64,000 nucleotides of DNA, taken from positions 30,380,001 to 30,444,000 of the forward strand of contig NC_043008.1 of assembly GCF_006345805.1 (NCBI RefSeq). Reading direction: 5' to 3'. A program made the position numbers and the translations under genes. Numbering within the stretch: position 1 is the stretch's first letter; the number at the start of each line of letters is the position of its first letter. The stretch is from Octopus sinensis (Eukaryota). The notes under the pieces are model-generated. The model was given only the letters and a program-made list of their open reading frames with translations. It was not told the origin of the DNA and did not search any database. Shown one piece after another: positions 1-11,973 of this stretch.

Positions 1-1647
1 TTACATGCACGATTGTGTGTGGGCATGTGTGTGTATGTGCGTGCGTGTGTATGTGAGTGCGCGCTCAACTACGATACTGCTCTTTTCCCTCATTTTCTCA
101 GTTCGTCATTTTCTTTATCACTCTCTAACTTACCACGTTTAGAAATACAATACACGACCTCCATCTCGCTCCCTATTTGTTCTTCAGCCTCTTTTTTAGT
201 CATTCTCTCTCTCTCTCCCTCTCTCTTTCTCACTCTCTCTCTTTCACACACTCTCTCTCTCTTTCTCTCTTCGAGCGGAAGGGGGATGTTTTCGTTAATT
301 GATTGTATGTAAACATTAAGTCATATATAGACATAAACCATTCTAGGGTCTGTCGAAGATATCAAATGATAGATAATCGTTTCATCTTATTGGATTGAAT
401 AAACATGAAAGTACCTTGCTTAGGGACACCACGATGTACCCTGTACAGAAATCAAGCGATAACAAATGTGATCATGAGAAACATCTAACCATTTGGCCAT
501 GTAGCATATATATGTGTGTGCACGCCAGTATGTGTATTTGTGTATATGCATGTGTGTATGAGAAGAGAAAGAGACTGAGAACCGGTAGATATATAGAGAG
601 AAAAATGAACTGAATACTAATTCCTTCATACAGAAGCATACAAACACCTACCTCCACTCAAATACACACACGCACGTTTGTGTGCCCGCGCCTTTATATG
701 CGTGCGTGTATGAATACATGCTTGTACATGCATATATGTGTACTTGCATGTTTTTCGTGTGTGCGTCTGCTTGAATATGATTGTATGGGCCTGTAAATAT
801 GCACTGCAGCCGCATCTATCAAAGCAAATTAGCGGTTGAAGACTTTAACAGATGAAGACAGCCTTACTTTGATAAAAACACAAGAAGTCATGCAGAATAT
901 ATGAAACAATTTACAAAAACTGGAGAGTGGTGGAAATACTGATGTGCGTTGACCGGAAAATATAACAAATAATTGTAGAAGAATATGAAGTAATATATAA
1001 CGGAAATATTCTAAGCATTTCTGCTAGAATGAGGTTAACTAATATCAACATTTAATAGAACACTATGATAGGATGTCACAGTTGTTCTGTTGTGTCAAAA
1101 CAAACAAAAAAAGGTGAAACACTTGCTTATTATCATTGGTGTTGTTGTTGTTGTAGTTGCTATTGTTATTATTGTATACACACACACACACACACACATA
1201 TACACCCATATAAATAGATATGTGTATGTGCGCGCTTACATGTCTTTATAAGTGTGTGTGTGTATGTGTACATATGTATGGTTTTGTACATTCTTACATA
1301 TCATATGTTGCGTTTGCCTATGCATGTGTGTACGCTTGTTCATAAGCGCATATGCATAAAGAAGAAGCCAGGTAATATATTGTGCAAAATATAGCATCCA
1401 ACTGACCAAATTTCTGCCACTCACAGATTAAATAACAGAAGAATCATGAGTCAAAATATTCATTTGACAAACGGGGAATTGCAGAGGTCAGACATGGATT
1501 TTCTCGCATATAAAACTCCAAGGAATTACTGATGTAATCAACAACTGCTCGAGTTCACGCGTACTTATAGGGAGATAGTTATGTGTATATTAGTGAAACA
1601 TATACGTACATACACATGTACACACATAAACACAAATACACACACAT

Positions 1648-1696
<49 letters not shown>

Positions 1697-2052
1697 CTCT
1701 CTGTATATATATATATATATATATATATACACGAAACGTCATAATGAATAAGTTGATATAACAGTAAATGTACTAAGTGTACGTATATGTACACATCATA
1801 CACGTGTCTCTGCTTATTTATTATTTGTTTGGCTGTGTGCTGCATTGGTGCAACCGTATGTGTGTATGTGAGTATGCGCGCGAGTGTCTGCATCATTGTT
1901 GTGAGATCTCATCGTAGTTAACTTTCTCTTCTATTCGTAGGAATGGGATGGAACACAACAAACTGAGATCGAGAGCGAATATTAACCCCCTTCTGAAAAC
2001 AGCTGATTTTCAGCCCAAATCAGAAACTAAATCAGAAACAGTTATTATTGTT

Positions 2053-2693
2053 CAGAAACGAGAGCGCGCCGGGCGAAATGCTTAGCGGTATTTCGTCTGC
2101 CGTTACGTTCTGAGTTCAAATTCCGCCGAGGTTGACTTTGCCTTTCATCCTTTCGGTGTTGATAAATTAAGTACCAGTTACGCACTGGGGTCGATGTAAT
2201 CGACTTAATCCCTTTGTCTCTCCTCGTTTGTCCTCTCTGTGTTTAGCCCCTTGTGGGTAGTAAAGAAATAGGTATTTCAACCGTCAGAATGCGGCGAGCT
2301 GGCATAAACGTTAGCACGCCGGGCGAAATGCTTAGCGGTATTTCGCCTGCCGTTACGTTCTGAGTTCAAATTCCGCCGAGGTCGACTTTGCCTTTCATCC
2401 TTTCGGGGTCGATAAATGAAGTACCGGTTACGCACTGGGGTCGATGTAATCGACTTAATACCTATGACTGTCCTTGTTTGTCCCCTCTATGTTTAGCCCT
2501 TTGTGGGTAATAAAGAAATAGGTACTTCAACCGTCTTTACAATCTGAGTTCATATTCCGCCGAGGTCGACTTTACTTTTCATCCTTTCGGGGTCGAAAAA
2601 TTAAGTACTAGTAAAACACTGGGGCCATTGTAATCGACCAGTCCCTTCCCCAAAAATATCAGGCCTTGTACCTTTAGTAGAAAGGAAATTATT
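2053..2693 (+). mobile_element. Nested/tandem array of three tRNA-derived SINEs (family A)
   Basis: Copies at ~2053-2270, 2291-2520 and 2521-2693 share the B-box GAGTTCAAATTCC (GAGTTCATATTCC in the third) and the core GCCTTTCATCCTTTCGGGGTCGATAAA..AAGTACCAG, which resembles the Meta-type SINE core (from memory). The A-box-like head GCGGCGAGCTGGCA is intact in the second copy. Confidence 0.9.
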
Positions 2694-2695
2694 GT

Positions 2696-2788
2696 GGCGC
2701 ATGGCTCTGTGGTTAGAGCGTCGGGCTCACAATCATGACGTATTGAGTTCAATTCCCGGATTGGACTATGTGTTGTGTTCTTGAGCAT
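2696..2788 (+). mobile_element. tRNA-derived SINE head (family C, CORE-like), truncated
   Basis: GGCGCATGGCTCTGTGGTTAGAGC (A box), GAGTTCAATTCCC (B box), then TGTTCTTGAGCA; cut by the adjacent LINE. Confidence 0.7.
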
Positions 2789-2789
2789 C

Positions 2790-5500
2790 GGTCTACAACA
2801 TTTAAGCTTAGCTGTATAGAACCTTCCTAAAGACAATAGCTATCTTTAATAATACCGTTTTCTAGAGCTGCACTAAACTAAATTTTATGCCAATTTTTTC
2901 TATCTATCTAACTGTTAATTTTTTTAGGAATAGTTCTTAATGGACCTATAACTACAGGGATACAGCTTACCTGCTTTTTCCATAACATTTGTAACTCAAT
3001 GTCTATGTCCAGGTGTTTTGCTATGTCTCTATGCTTCTCATATTTCTCATCAATTTTTTAGGAATACTTCCTAATGGACCTATAACTACAGGGATACAGC
3101 TTACCTGCTTTTTCCATAACATTTGTAACTCAATGTCTAGGTCCAGGTGTTTTGCTATGTCTCTATGCTTCTCATATTTCTCATCAATTTTTTAGGAATA
3201 CTTCCTAATGGACCTATAACTACAGGGATACAGCTTACCTGCTTTTTCCATAACATTTGTAACTCAATGTCTAGGTCCAGGTGTTTTGCTATGTCTCTAT
3301 GCTTCTCATATTTCTCATCAATTGAGACTGTAAAGTTAGTTAACCTTTTGATACTTTCTATTCTCTTGGTCTATTTCTAATAAATCAAACGTTCAAGCTT
3401 GTATTATTCTATTATTCTATTATTCACACTGGTGACTGTTAAAATCTTACATCACTCTATACGTTCTTCTTTCTAGTACTTTACTAGTTCAGTTTCATAC
3501 CAATTAACAGTATGGTAAAATCCTGTCTTCCTACAAAACTGCCTACATTGCTCTCCCTAGATTGTCAAGTCTTTTCTTGCATTCTTTCTGTACCAGCATA
3601 CTACATTCGCTAACTATATAAATAATACTTCTTTTCTTTAATTTACTTAACCTACGCTAAGAATCCGCCTGATTTTTGCAAATCTTAGCTTTTCACCAGT
3701 TAGTCCTGAATGTCAGATTTTGTGTTGCATCTAACAAACTTTCTAACTCCCTTTTCAGTCTTCTGTTTTGTGATCCCAACCATGTCTCACTCGCATTACT
3801 ATTTTTTACATCTATCTTTGGAAATGTAACATGCAAAATAATCTCTTGCTAATCAGAAAATCTTGCTTCCTTTTTGTTGTTTTTTTTAAAACTACATTTG
3901 ACATTGTGTTTTCCTTCTTTCCTACTGTTACACTAGCATTTCTTAATAAACTTTCCTCACTATTACCTACATAGGAGATTATATCTACTCAAGCTCACTT
4001 CATATCGTCTTCTACTAGTATCACACATCTACTATCTTCCTTACTACGTACATGCAATCTTGCTACCCCTAGTCTAGGATGAAGTTCTTCATTTATATTG
4101 AATTCATACCTAGTTCTTCAGTCTCGATTTGCAAATTTACATTTTATCCAATCTACAAAAAACTGCTGAATATCTAAGTAAAGATACTGCTTTGTCTATG
4201 TATAATAAATCGTACATTCCTCTAGCCTTCTTCTTGCACCCCTTCTGTTCTTCTGGAAGTAATTTCTGGCAGCCCTGATATTCATAAATGTTTTCTGAGA
4301 GCATTACGAAAATTGTAAGCAAGTGATTTGTTTCTAATTACCAGCTATACTACCAGTGCTTTTGCCTTTCATAAGAAGTACAGTTTTCTCTCTAGTCATC
4401 TAATTAGATATCATTCCTCCATTCAGGCAATCCTGAATCTGTCCTCTAAGTCTCCCACTTAAGCTACTAAACTTCTTTAACTAGTACCATTCAACAAAAT
4501 CTGGTCCACAGCCCTTCCTATCTGGAATACTTCCTTACAATTTATTCATTTATGCACAATTTAGTTTCATGTCTGGCTGCTTCTCACTATTCAACTATTC
4601 CCTAATTTTCTTTAACCATGCTGCATTCTCATTATGATTAACTGTCTTATCCCAAATATCACCCCAGGATTTACTAGCTTCTTCTGCAGTAGGTTTCTCA
4701 TCTCCATTACTTTCATCTACACTATTTATTTAGCAGTAAAACTCATGTGGTCTGTCTCAGACAATCTATTCTATTGATACTGATCTTATTCGTTTCTGAT
4801 ATCAGAAAAGTTTATCTACTAGTGCTACGATATACTGTTTCGGCTTTTTCACAAGTGTCCCACGTCCTTTCTTTTTGACTAATTATTTTTCCTCAAGAGA
4901 AGATATAAATCTTATGTTCCTTATCTAACCCTGTTTCCAGACTTCTGTTCTACTCAAACCTTCTTATAAAGTCTTCACTTTATTTTGTAATTTCCATTTC
5001 CATTTCTGCTTGTTCCTATTCTTTCCCTGTGGAATATCTAGTCTGCTAGTAATTATTACCTATATTTCTGGCATATATCCTACTGATAACAGAATCGACT
5101 TCCTTAGTCATATCTAGCAACTTTCTTCAATTAACTCCTTGTACTGCTGAGAATTGCTTTTTTCTTTCTTTCTTTACTCATTATTTCCTTCAATTCATCG
5201 TAAATCTACCAACCCTCCTCACATAAGACGCTGGTGTCAGTTTGCCTTTCCTGATTGTAGATATATTATTGTTTCTCATTCCTTGAACTGAACTACATCA
5301 CTTGTCCATCTTGCTTCATCCCGCTTTGGGTTGTTTGGCTTATTTCTCCTGATAGCGTGGTCCTCTAGAGTCTGTTCTGTTACATCAAACATATCTTTCT
5401 ATAACTAAAGTGTTAACATAGGTTTCCAATAACCTCTTCCAAGTAGCACTGTAACACTACCCTATTCTTCTCACATTCCATTTTTCTTTTCATTATTTTA
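2790..5500 (-). mobile_element. Degenerate, internally deleted R4/Dong-like non-LTR retrotransposon
   Basis: Minus-strand remnants LLPEEQKGCKKKARG (RT N-term), ETWLGSQNRRLKRELESLLDATQ and IPVVIGPLGSIPK (restriction-like endonuclease end), homologous to the cleaner copy at 6365-8610; many stops and frameshifts; ends approximate. Confidence 0.8.
2918..3323. repeat. 134-bp tandem repeat, 3 copies
   Basis: GGAATA..TCYTAATGGACCTATAACTACAGGG starts at 2927, 3061 and 3195; ORFs 3013 and 3147 have identical N-termini. Confidence 0.95.
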
Positions 5501-5689
5501 ATATCTACTGATGCTGTGTCTTAAGAAAAATACTGAGGTCAGTCTACATCTGTACTGAACTACTGCCGAACGAGAGACCCACTCTTAAAGATACAACATC
5601 ATTTACACTGTTATCACAAGGATTTCTGTGTAAACTCATGTCTCTCATCAAGCGAGGTAAGGTAATGTTTATGACAGCATTAACATGCA

Positions 5690-6230
5690 CCGGATGTTTT
5701 CCGAGTTCAAATTCCACCGAGGTCGACTTTACCTTTCATCTTTTCTGGGTTGATAAAATAAGAACCTTTTGAGTACGGGGGTTGATGTAATCGACTATAA
5801 CCCTCCTCCGAATTTCAGACATTGTCCCTATGACAGAAGATATTAGTGTTGTTGTTGTCGTTCTTGTTGCTGTTGATGTTTTTTCTTCTTCTTCTTCTTC
5901 TTCTTCTTCTTCTTCTCTTCTTCTTCTTCTTCTTCTTCTTCTTCTTCTTCTTCTTGTTAAAGACAAAGAGTAGTAAATTCCAGGCCTTGTGCCTATTGCC
6001 GTACGAATTACTAAGTTGGTTTGTGAGTAGATGTATTAATGCATCGGACACAATGTTTAGTAATTTGTCTTGCGGTTATTTACGCTCTGAGTTGAAATTC
6101 CGCCTGTGTTGACTTTGGCTTTGATATTTCCGAAGTCATTTAAATAAGTACCAGTCGATCTCTGAGGTCGCAGTAATGGACTAGGATCTATCTTAAATTG
6201 TCAGGCATTGTACCTATAGTAGAAAGGAAT
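5690..6230 (+). mobile_element. Two degenerate family-A SINE copies separated by (GTT)n/(TCT)n microsatellite
   Basis: GAGTTCAAATTCCACCGAGGTCGAC at ~5703; second copy ~6040-6230 ending TGTACCTATAGTAGAAAGGAAT plus (TAT)n. Confidence 0.75.
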
Positions 6231-6250
6231 ATTATTATTATTATTATTAA

Positions 6251-6306
<56 letters not shown>

Positions 6307-6326
6307 TATTATTATTATTATTATTA

Positions 6327-6364
<38 letters not shown>
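6230..6364. repeat. (TAT)n/(TAA)n microsatellite
   Basis: Direct reading; abuts the 3' end of the R4 LINE. Confidence 0.95.
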
Positions 6365-6365
<1 letters not shown>

Positions 6366-8609
6366 TATGTTTGACTTTTGTTTATATTTGTACAAGTTGG
6401 CTCCAAGTCTCACCCAGAGACCTCAAGAGACAACAGGGTTGGAAGTTCATGTTGTTGTTATGCCTAGTGTGCCATATATTTGGGGGGTGGGGATGTTGTA
6501 CTAATGAATGTCTAAAAAAAAAAGTTTTTTTTTTTTTTTTTTTAAACCGAAAATTATGGTTGTTTTAAACCTTGAGGTTACATAGAGAGTATTTTGCGTA
6601 GGATATGAGCAGTTCCCATGAGCACTATCTTTTGAACTTCTGCCATTTTTGGGTTTCCTGGTATCTGAGTTAGGTAGCCCCTTTTGCTATCATTCCCAGG
6701 GCACCTATGACAACAGGTATTGTTTTAGTTTTCAGCTTCCACATTTTGCTGATTTCTATTTCAAGATCTTTATAGTTGCTCAGTTTTTGGTAGGTCCTGA
6801 CAGATACGTTTATATCGATTGGGACAGTCATATCAATGAGGAGGCATGTTCTTTGTTTGAAGTCTTTCAATATGATGTCTGGCCTATTTGCATCTATCTT
6901 CCTGTCAGTTTGAATGGTGAAGTTCCAGAGGAGTGAGATGTGGTCATTTTCAAGCACTGGGGGTGGTTTGTGTTCCCACCAGTTTTTTTCATGGGGCAAA
7001 TCCAGGTTTTTACAGATTACCCAGTGAATATATTGTGCAGCTCTATCGTGCCTGTTGAGATACTCTGTAGGCGCTAGAAGACTGCACTTGGAGACCACAT
7101 GGTCAATGGTTTCATTTTGTTGCTTGCATACACGACACGTTGGACTGCTTCTGATCTTTAATATGTTGGCCTGGTAGTTTCTTGTTGGTAGGCATTGATC
7201 TTGAGCTGCTATGATAAACCCCTCTGTTTCAGATTTTAAGCCAGAGGCCATTAGCCATTGATGGGTCAGGGCTTTGTCGATATCTGCATTATTCGCTCTC
7301 TTTGGGTATTTGCCATAGAGAGGTTTTTCTTGCCATTTATTATTCAGAATATCTAAGGCCGCAGTTTTGGCACGGGTTTTCATGCGCCTAGCTTTTTCTT
7401 TGCCTGTTTCTTGTATGTCTATCTCTAATTCCGAAATTGGTTGTATTCGGAATTCACTTAGATATTCCTTTGCCTGTTTTGTGACTGAGGATGATGCTTT
7501 CTTGTTTTCATGTTTTGAGACAAGTTTTAACATCCAGTCCTCAGAGTTTTTCAGGTAGGTGTCTAGGCCAATTGTAACAATCTTCATTGTTATTGCCAGT
7601 TGCAAAAGACCACGGCCTCCCTCTTTTCTTGGCAGATAGAGTCGTTCTCTATCTGCCTTAGGGTGGTGCATTCTATGCATTATCAACAGTTTCCTTATTT
7701 TTCTGTCGAGCTGACATATTTCAGTAATTGACCAGTTAACAATATTGAAACTGTAAGTCACGACTGGTATAGCTAATGCATTGATTGCTTCGATCCTGTT
7801 TCTTGCATTCAGCTCTGTCTTGAGTATTGCTCTCACTCTTCGATAGCATTCTCTCCTGATCCTTTCCTTCATCTCTGAATGCCTTATCCCGTTCCCTTCA
7901 ATTACCCCTAGGTACTTGTAGCTCTCCGCTGGGTCTAGTTCTTTTATGACATTCTGTTGGTCAAGGTTAACGTTAGATGTTTCTGTCATTTTTCCTTTGA
8001 TAAAGGTAGCCTTTGCACATTTATCGAGGCCGAATTGCATTCTGATGTCGTCACTGAATTGTTTGACTATCGCTAGTAAGCCCTTGAGTTGTTGATCATT
8101 TTTTGCAAAAAGCTTTAAATCATCCATGTAAACGAGATGATTTATATTTTTATCAAAAATTTTATACCCGTACTGCGCGTCATTGAGCAGCTTTGAGAGA
8201 GGTATTAAGGATAAACAAAAGAGGAGTGGTGACAGTGAGTCACCCTGGAAAATGCCACACGAAATTTTTACATCACCAGCATTTAGGGATTCACTGTCAC
8301 TGTTCAGAGTTAGTGTGGTTCTCCATGATCTCATACTTACAGTCAAGAAGTTTCGCAGAGTTGGTGCTATCTTATACATTTCAAGGCATTTCCTAATCCA
8401 GCTATGTGGTAGGCTATCAAAAGCCTTTTTATAGTCTATCCAGGCTATTGATAAGTTTTTGTGTCGTTTGTGACAATCTTCTAAGATCATCTTATTGATG
8501 AGTAGTTGGTCTTTACAGCCGTAGGATCCACGTTTACATCCTTTCTGTTCATTAGGGAATATGCTGCTGTCTGTTAAAAAACTATAGGTATATTCCGTCA
8601 GGACAGATG

Positions 8610-8610
<1 letters not shown>
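6365..8610 (-). mobile_element. 5'-truncated, young R4/Dong-clade LINE inserted in (TAA)n
   Basis: RT motifs WIDYKKAFDS, GIFQGDSLSPLLF and YMDDLKLFA; CCHC finger CRVC..ETIDHVVSKC; restriction-like endonuclease RPDII..LIDMTVP..K; (TAA)n on both flanks. Confidence 0.95.
6578..8610 (-). pseudogene. R4/Dong RT-endonuclease ORF, 5'-truncated, with one frameshift near 6675
   Basis: Open from 8610 to 6670; the expected C-terminus YLTQIPGNPKMAEVQKIVLMGTAHILRKILSM* continues in another frame to the stop at 6578-6580. The N-terminal ~63 aa of the track ORF come from flanking DNA and (TAA)n. Confidence 0.85.
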
Positions 8611-8667
<57 letters not shown>

Positions 8668-8880
8668 GAGTAAGAGAAAAGTGCATGCCATCAAAATGAC
8701 ACTGGAGTTCAAATGTCCGAAGCCCAATGTACTCATCATAAGTACTGATCTGGTAAGTGTACACCAGGTACATGCATCACAACCATATATGATGAACATG
8801 TTGATTTCATATCAAGATAAACTGTGTATGACATTGCAGATGGAACCAAGTTAGAATTTCTTGAGCAGCCCATCTCATAA
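8611..8880 (-). mobile_element. (TAA)n tract plus possible 3' UTR fragment of another TAA-tailed retroelement
   Basis: (TAT)n at 8611-8667, then ~210 bp of GC-richer sequence ending flush against the microsatellite; identity is inferred only. Confidence 0.35.
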
Positions 8881-9279
8881 GATAGTAAATATACATTAAG
8901 CGGAAACTAAATACAATACTTTAAATTATACAATACTTTAAAATTAATTGTTATACACAATGCTAGTACAAGCCATTAATACTGGAATCAAAATAAGAAA
9001 TGGTTCAAATATAGACGTACTCATTAAATAAAACAACTATATAATTAAACTACATTATTATTATTGTTATTGAGTGGATTTGTAGTGGATTGTCGGTTGT
9101 AGTTGAATGTCTTCATAGTGCATTGTTCATTTGGTCTAATATTTTCTGCACCTTTCTTTAACTTATGGGGTTTAGATGTTTTTCTTACTTTTCATTAGTA
9201 AATAATTTTCCATTATATCATTTTTATATATATATTGATAGTTATAAGTTATGAAAGTTATTAATTATTATATCTATTT

Positions 9280-9990
9280 ATTTAGAATGATTTATTATTA
9301 GTTTTATAAAGGGATCTAACGTATTGCATTACACTACGATGGGGACATAAAACACGGAACGAACGAATGAAGAATGAATTATAATAATGGAGGTGAAATG
9401 GCCGCATACTCCCCACTCGCAAGCACTATCATTTTAAATATTTTAGCTAAATGTTTTTATATCGTTTCTCTTTTTTCATTTCCCCCTTATTGTATAAGCT
9501 TTATAGTCATAACATTCTAAACATTTACTTACTATTATCTCTTTTTTTTCCTCTTTTTTTCACCATTTTATGCATGGTTTTAAGTCCTCATAATCTAATA
9601 CAGGCGGCAAGCCGTCAAACTCCACGCGTGCTCCGGTTGGGTCTATAGTATTTCCAAATAATTCTCTCAATCTTGCCTTAGTGTTCTCTGGATAATATTC
9701 CGTTGTTAACTTCACTCTCACTACCGACTTCATTTTGGTTATTCTCTTTTCAATTTCCGTGTTTTTCGGATATGTCACCATATGCCATTTCTTTTTGGGT
9801 TTCTTTTTGTATTTTTTTTTGGTACTTGGTTTGAATTTCCACTTCATTTTCTACGTTGGTTTCCTTTGTTGATATTGTTGGAATCTCCTGCTGTCTTTCT
9901 TCCTGTTTATTTTCCTTCCTTTTCACAAGCTATGACCCTAAATAATTTTTTTCCTGATGTCTTAGAAACTCCTAAGCTGAAGTGAAAACA
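9280..9990 (-). mobile_element. Unclassified element remnant with Lys-rich ORF
   Basis: ORF 9560-9847 has protein-like composition (..ARLRELFGNTIDPTGARVEFDGLPPVLDYEDLKPCIKW) followed by an A-rich UTR-like tail with AATAAA; no recognised domain. Confidence 0.3.
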
Positions 9991-10083
9991 GCATGGACTT
10001 TGTTTTCTTAACCTTTTAGAGGATTTAAGTAAAATTAAACAAATATGTGCGACTGATTAAATAAATTCTATTTTCTTATATTA

Positions 10084-10171
10084 ATGTGGCTGATGATAAC
10101 CTTGCATTTAAATTGATGTAATGATTGCATTGTCCAATTAAAAGGAGCCGCTTGAAACGGTCGTATTGCAT
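10084..10171 (+). ncRNA. Degenerate type I hammerhead ribozyme-like motif
   Basis: ATGTGG-CTGATGA(10090-10096)-57 nt-GAAAC(10154)-GGTC-GTA-TTGCAT. Stem I needs three G.U pairs and stem II is weak. About 30 nt then (TA)n follow, as for the 27090 copy. Confidence 0.5.
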
Positions 10172-10200
10172 CACCTCCGGATAACCTGTTACTTATGTTG

Positions 10201-10306
<106 letters not shown>

Positions 10307-10429
10307 GTATGTGTGTGTGTGTGTGACGGGTTTTATATCTATATGTATGTATGTAAATATATATATATATAATTATAGGTACATATATTTATACTATATG
10401 TATATTATATTTTCTCTTATTCTTTTAAT

Positions 10430-10575
10430 TGTTTTAGTAATTTGGCTGCGGTAATGCTGGACCACCGCCTTTAGTCGAAAAAATCGACCCCAGGACTTAT
10501 TTTATTGGTCTCTTTTAGCGAATCCGGAACAATGTGGTTGGGAAGCATCCTTCTTACCACACAGCCACTCCTGTG
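10430..10575 (-). mobile_element. Internally deleted tRNA-derived SINE (family B)
   Basis: Minus strand reads CAGGAGTGGCTGTGTGGTAAGAAG..CCAACCACATTGTTCCGGATTC (head) joined to the tail ..TAAGTCCTGGGGTCGAT..CGACTAAAGGCGGTGGTCCAGCAT. Confidence 0.7.
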
Positions 10576-10591
10576 TACATATATATGTGTT

Positions 10592-10623
<32 letters not shown>

Positions 10624-10650
10624 ATACATAATCATATATATATATATATC

Positions 10651-10693
<43 letters not shown>

Positions 10694-10895
10694 ATAGACA
10701 GATAGATTTATATATAAAATGTTTTTAGCTATGGTTAGAGGTCCATAGTCTGTGGTTTTACATTTGTATTTAGCCGTGCTAGCTTCGTGCCTTAACAAAG
10801 ACCTTGAAGTTCAATTAAAGGCAAGAATCTCGACAAAAATTTTCTGATTAAATTCTACCCGAGTAATGCTTAATATATTTTCCTTCCCCTTCTTC

Positions 10896-10976
<81 letters not shown>

Positions 10977-11307
10977 TTCTCTATCTCTCTGTTGCTCATA
11001 CACTCATACATATATATGTGTGTATGTATAGTTTTATACATAAACATATATTTCAATGCATTCATAAACGTATCATGTTTATATCAAATCAATGATTTTC
11101 TATAAAACACTTCATTGGTTCTACTTCAGTAAATCTTGCAATAAAAATATATGCAAGAGTAAAGATATAGAATGCAAGAATGCATTTCTCTTTATCTCCG
11201 CAGAAATATTTCTTTTGTATCTCTGGTTTTCTTTCTACTCTGTCTTTAAAAAATGTATATCATTAAATGCACTATTATTAATATCGGTTCTCCTCTGTGT
11301 ATTACAG

Positions 11308-11512
11308 GTTGTGTGGCGGAAGGCGAGTGACCCGAACCCTCTAACCGTCGGGAGAGAAAAATTCGCTGATGATCCGTATATAGGGGTCAGTCATCAGGCA
11401 ACTAACTGGAACCTAATCATAAAAAATGTGCAACCACGGCATGCCGGTGTGTACGAATGTCAAGTCTCTTCTGTCCATCAGCTAATACGACATATCATGT
11501 TACGAGTTGTAG
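11308..11512 (+). CDS. Internal coding exon of an immunoglobulin-superfamily cell-surface protein (Dpr/ZIG-8-like, second half of an Ig domain)
   Basis: Acceptor TTCTCCTCTGTGTATTACAG|GTT and donor GTAG|GTAAGT; 205 nt, phase 0 to phase 1. Encodes VVWRKASDPNPLTVGREKFADDPY...NWNLIIKNVQPRHAGVYECQVSS, with the Ig C-strand W and WxLxIxxVxxxxAGxYECQV typical of Dpr/ZIG-8. Confidence 0.9.
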
Positions 11513-11761
11513 GTAAGTCCTCCGGTTTTCATTCTTATTTCTACTTTCCGAAGTCATATGGTTGGAAAGAATAAATACATAGGATACTCTTCAGCCACTG
11601 ATTGTAAATATAACGCCTCTTATAGATTCTGATCCTAATCAAAAGTAAATTTTCTTATGGCTTGTCTCCAACAGCGAAATTTCAATATAAGCACCCAGCA
11701 CTAATATGTAAACTATGAACAATCATTTAATATAATGAAATGTTTAGGATTTAGCTAATAA

Positions 11762-11973
11762 AAGGCGACGCGCTGGCAGAAACTTTAGCACGCCAGGCGA
11801 ACTGCTTAGCGGTTTGTCGTCTCTCTCTACGTTCCGTGTTCAAGTTCCGCCGAGGTTGACTTTGTCTTTCGGGATCGATAAATTAAGTGCCAGTTGCGTA
11901 CTGGGGTCGATCTGATCGACTGGCTCCGTCCCCCAAAATTTCGGGCCTTGTGCCTAGAATATAAAAAGAGTAC
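11762..11973 (+). mobile_element. Family-A SINE with 11-bp target site duplication
   Basis: Full head to tail; TTAGCTAATAA at 11751-11761 and 11974-11984. Confidence 0.9.

Noticed and set aside
859-942. QPYFDKNT peptide resembling the start of a Dpr Ig1 exon
   Set aside because: No following A.L.C motif, and an in-frame stop comes after 27 codons.
11092-11307. N-terminal part of the 160-aa ORF as coding sequence
   Set aside because: It is intron upstream of a clear acceptor; Ig similarity starts at 11308 and ends at the donor at 11512.
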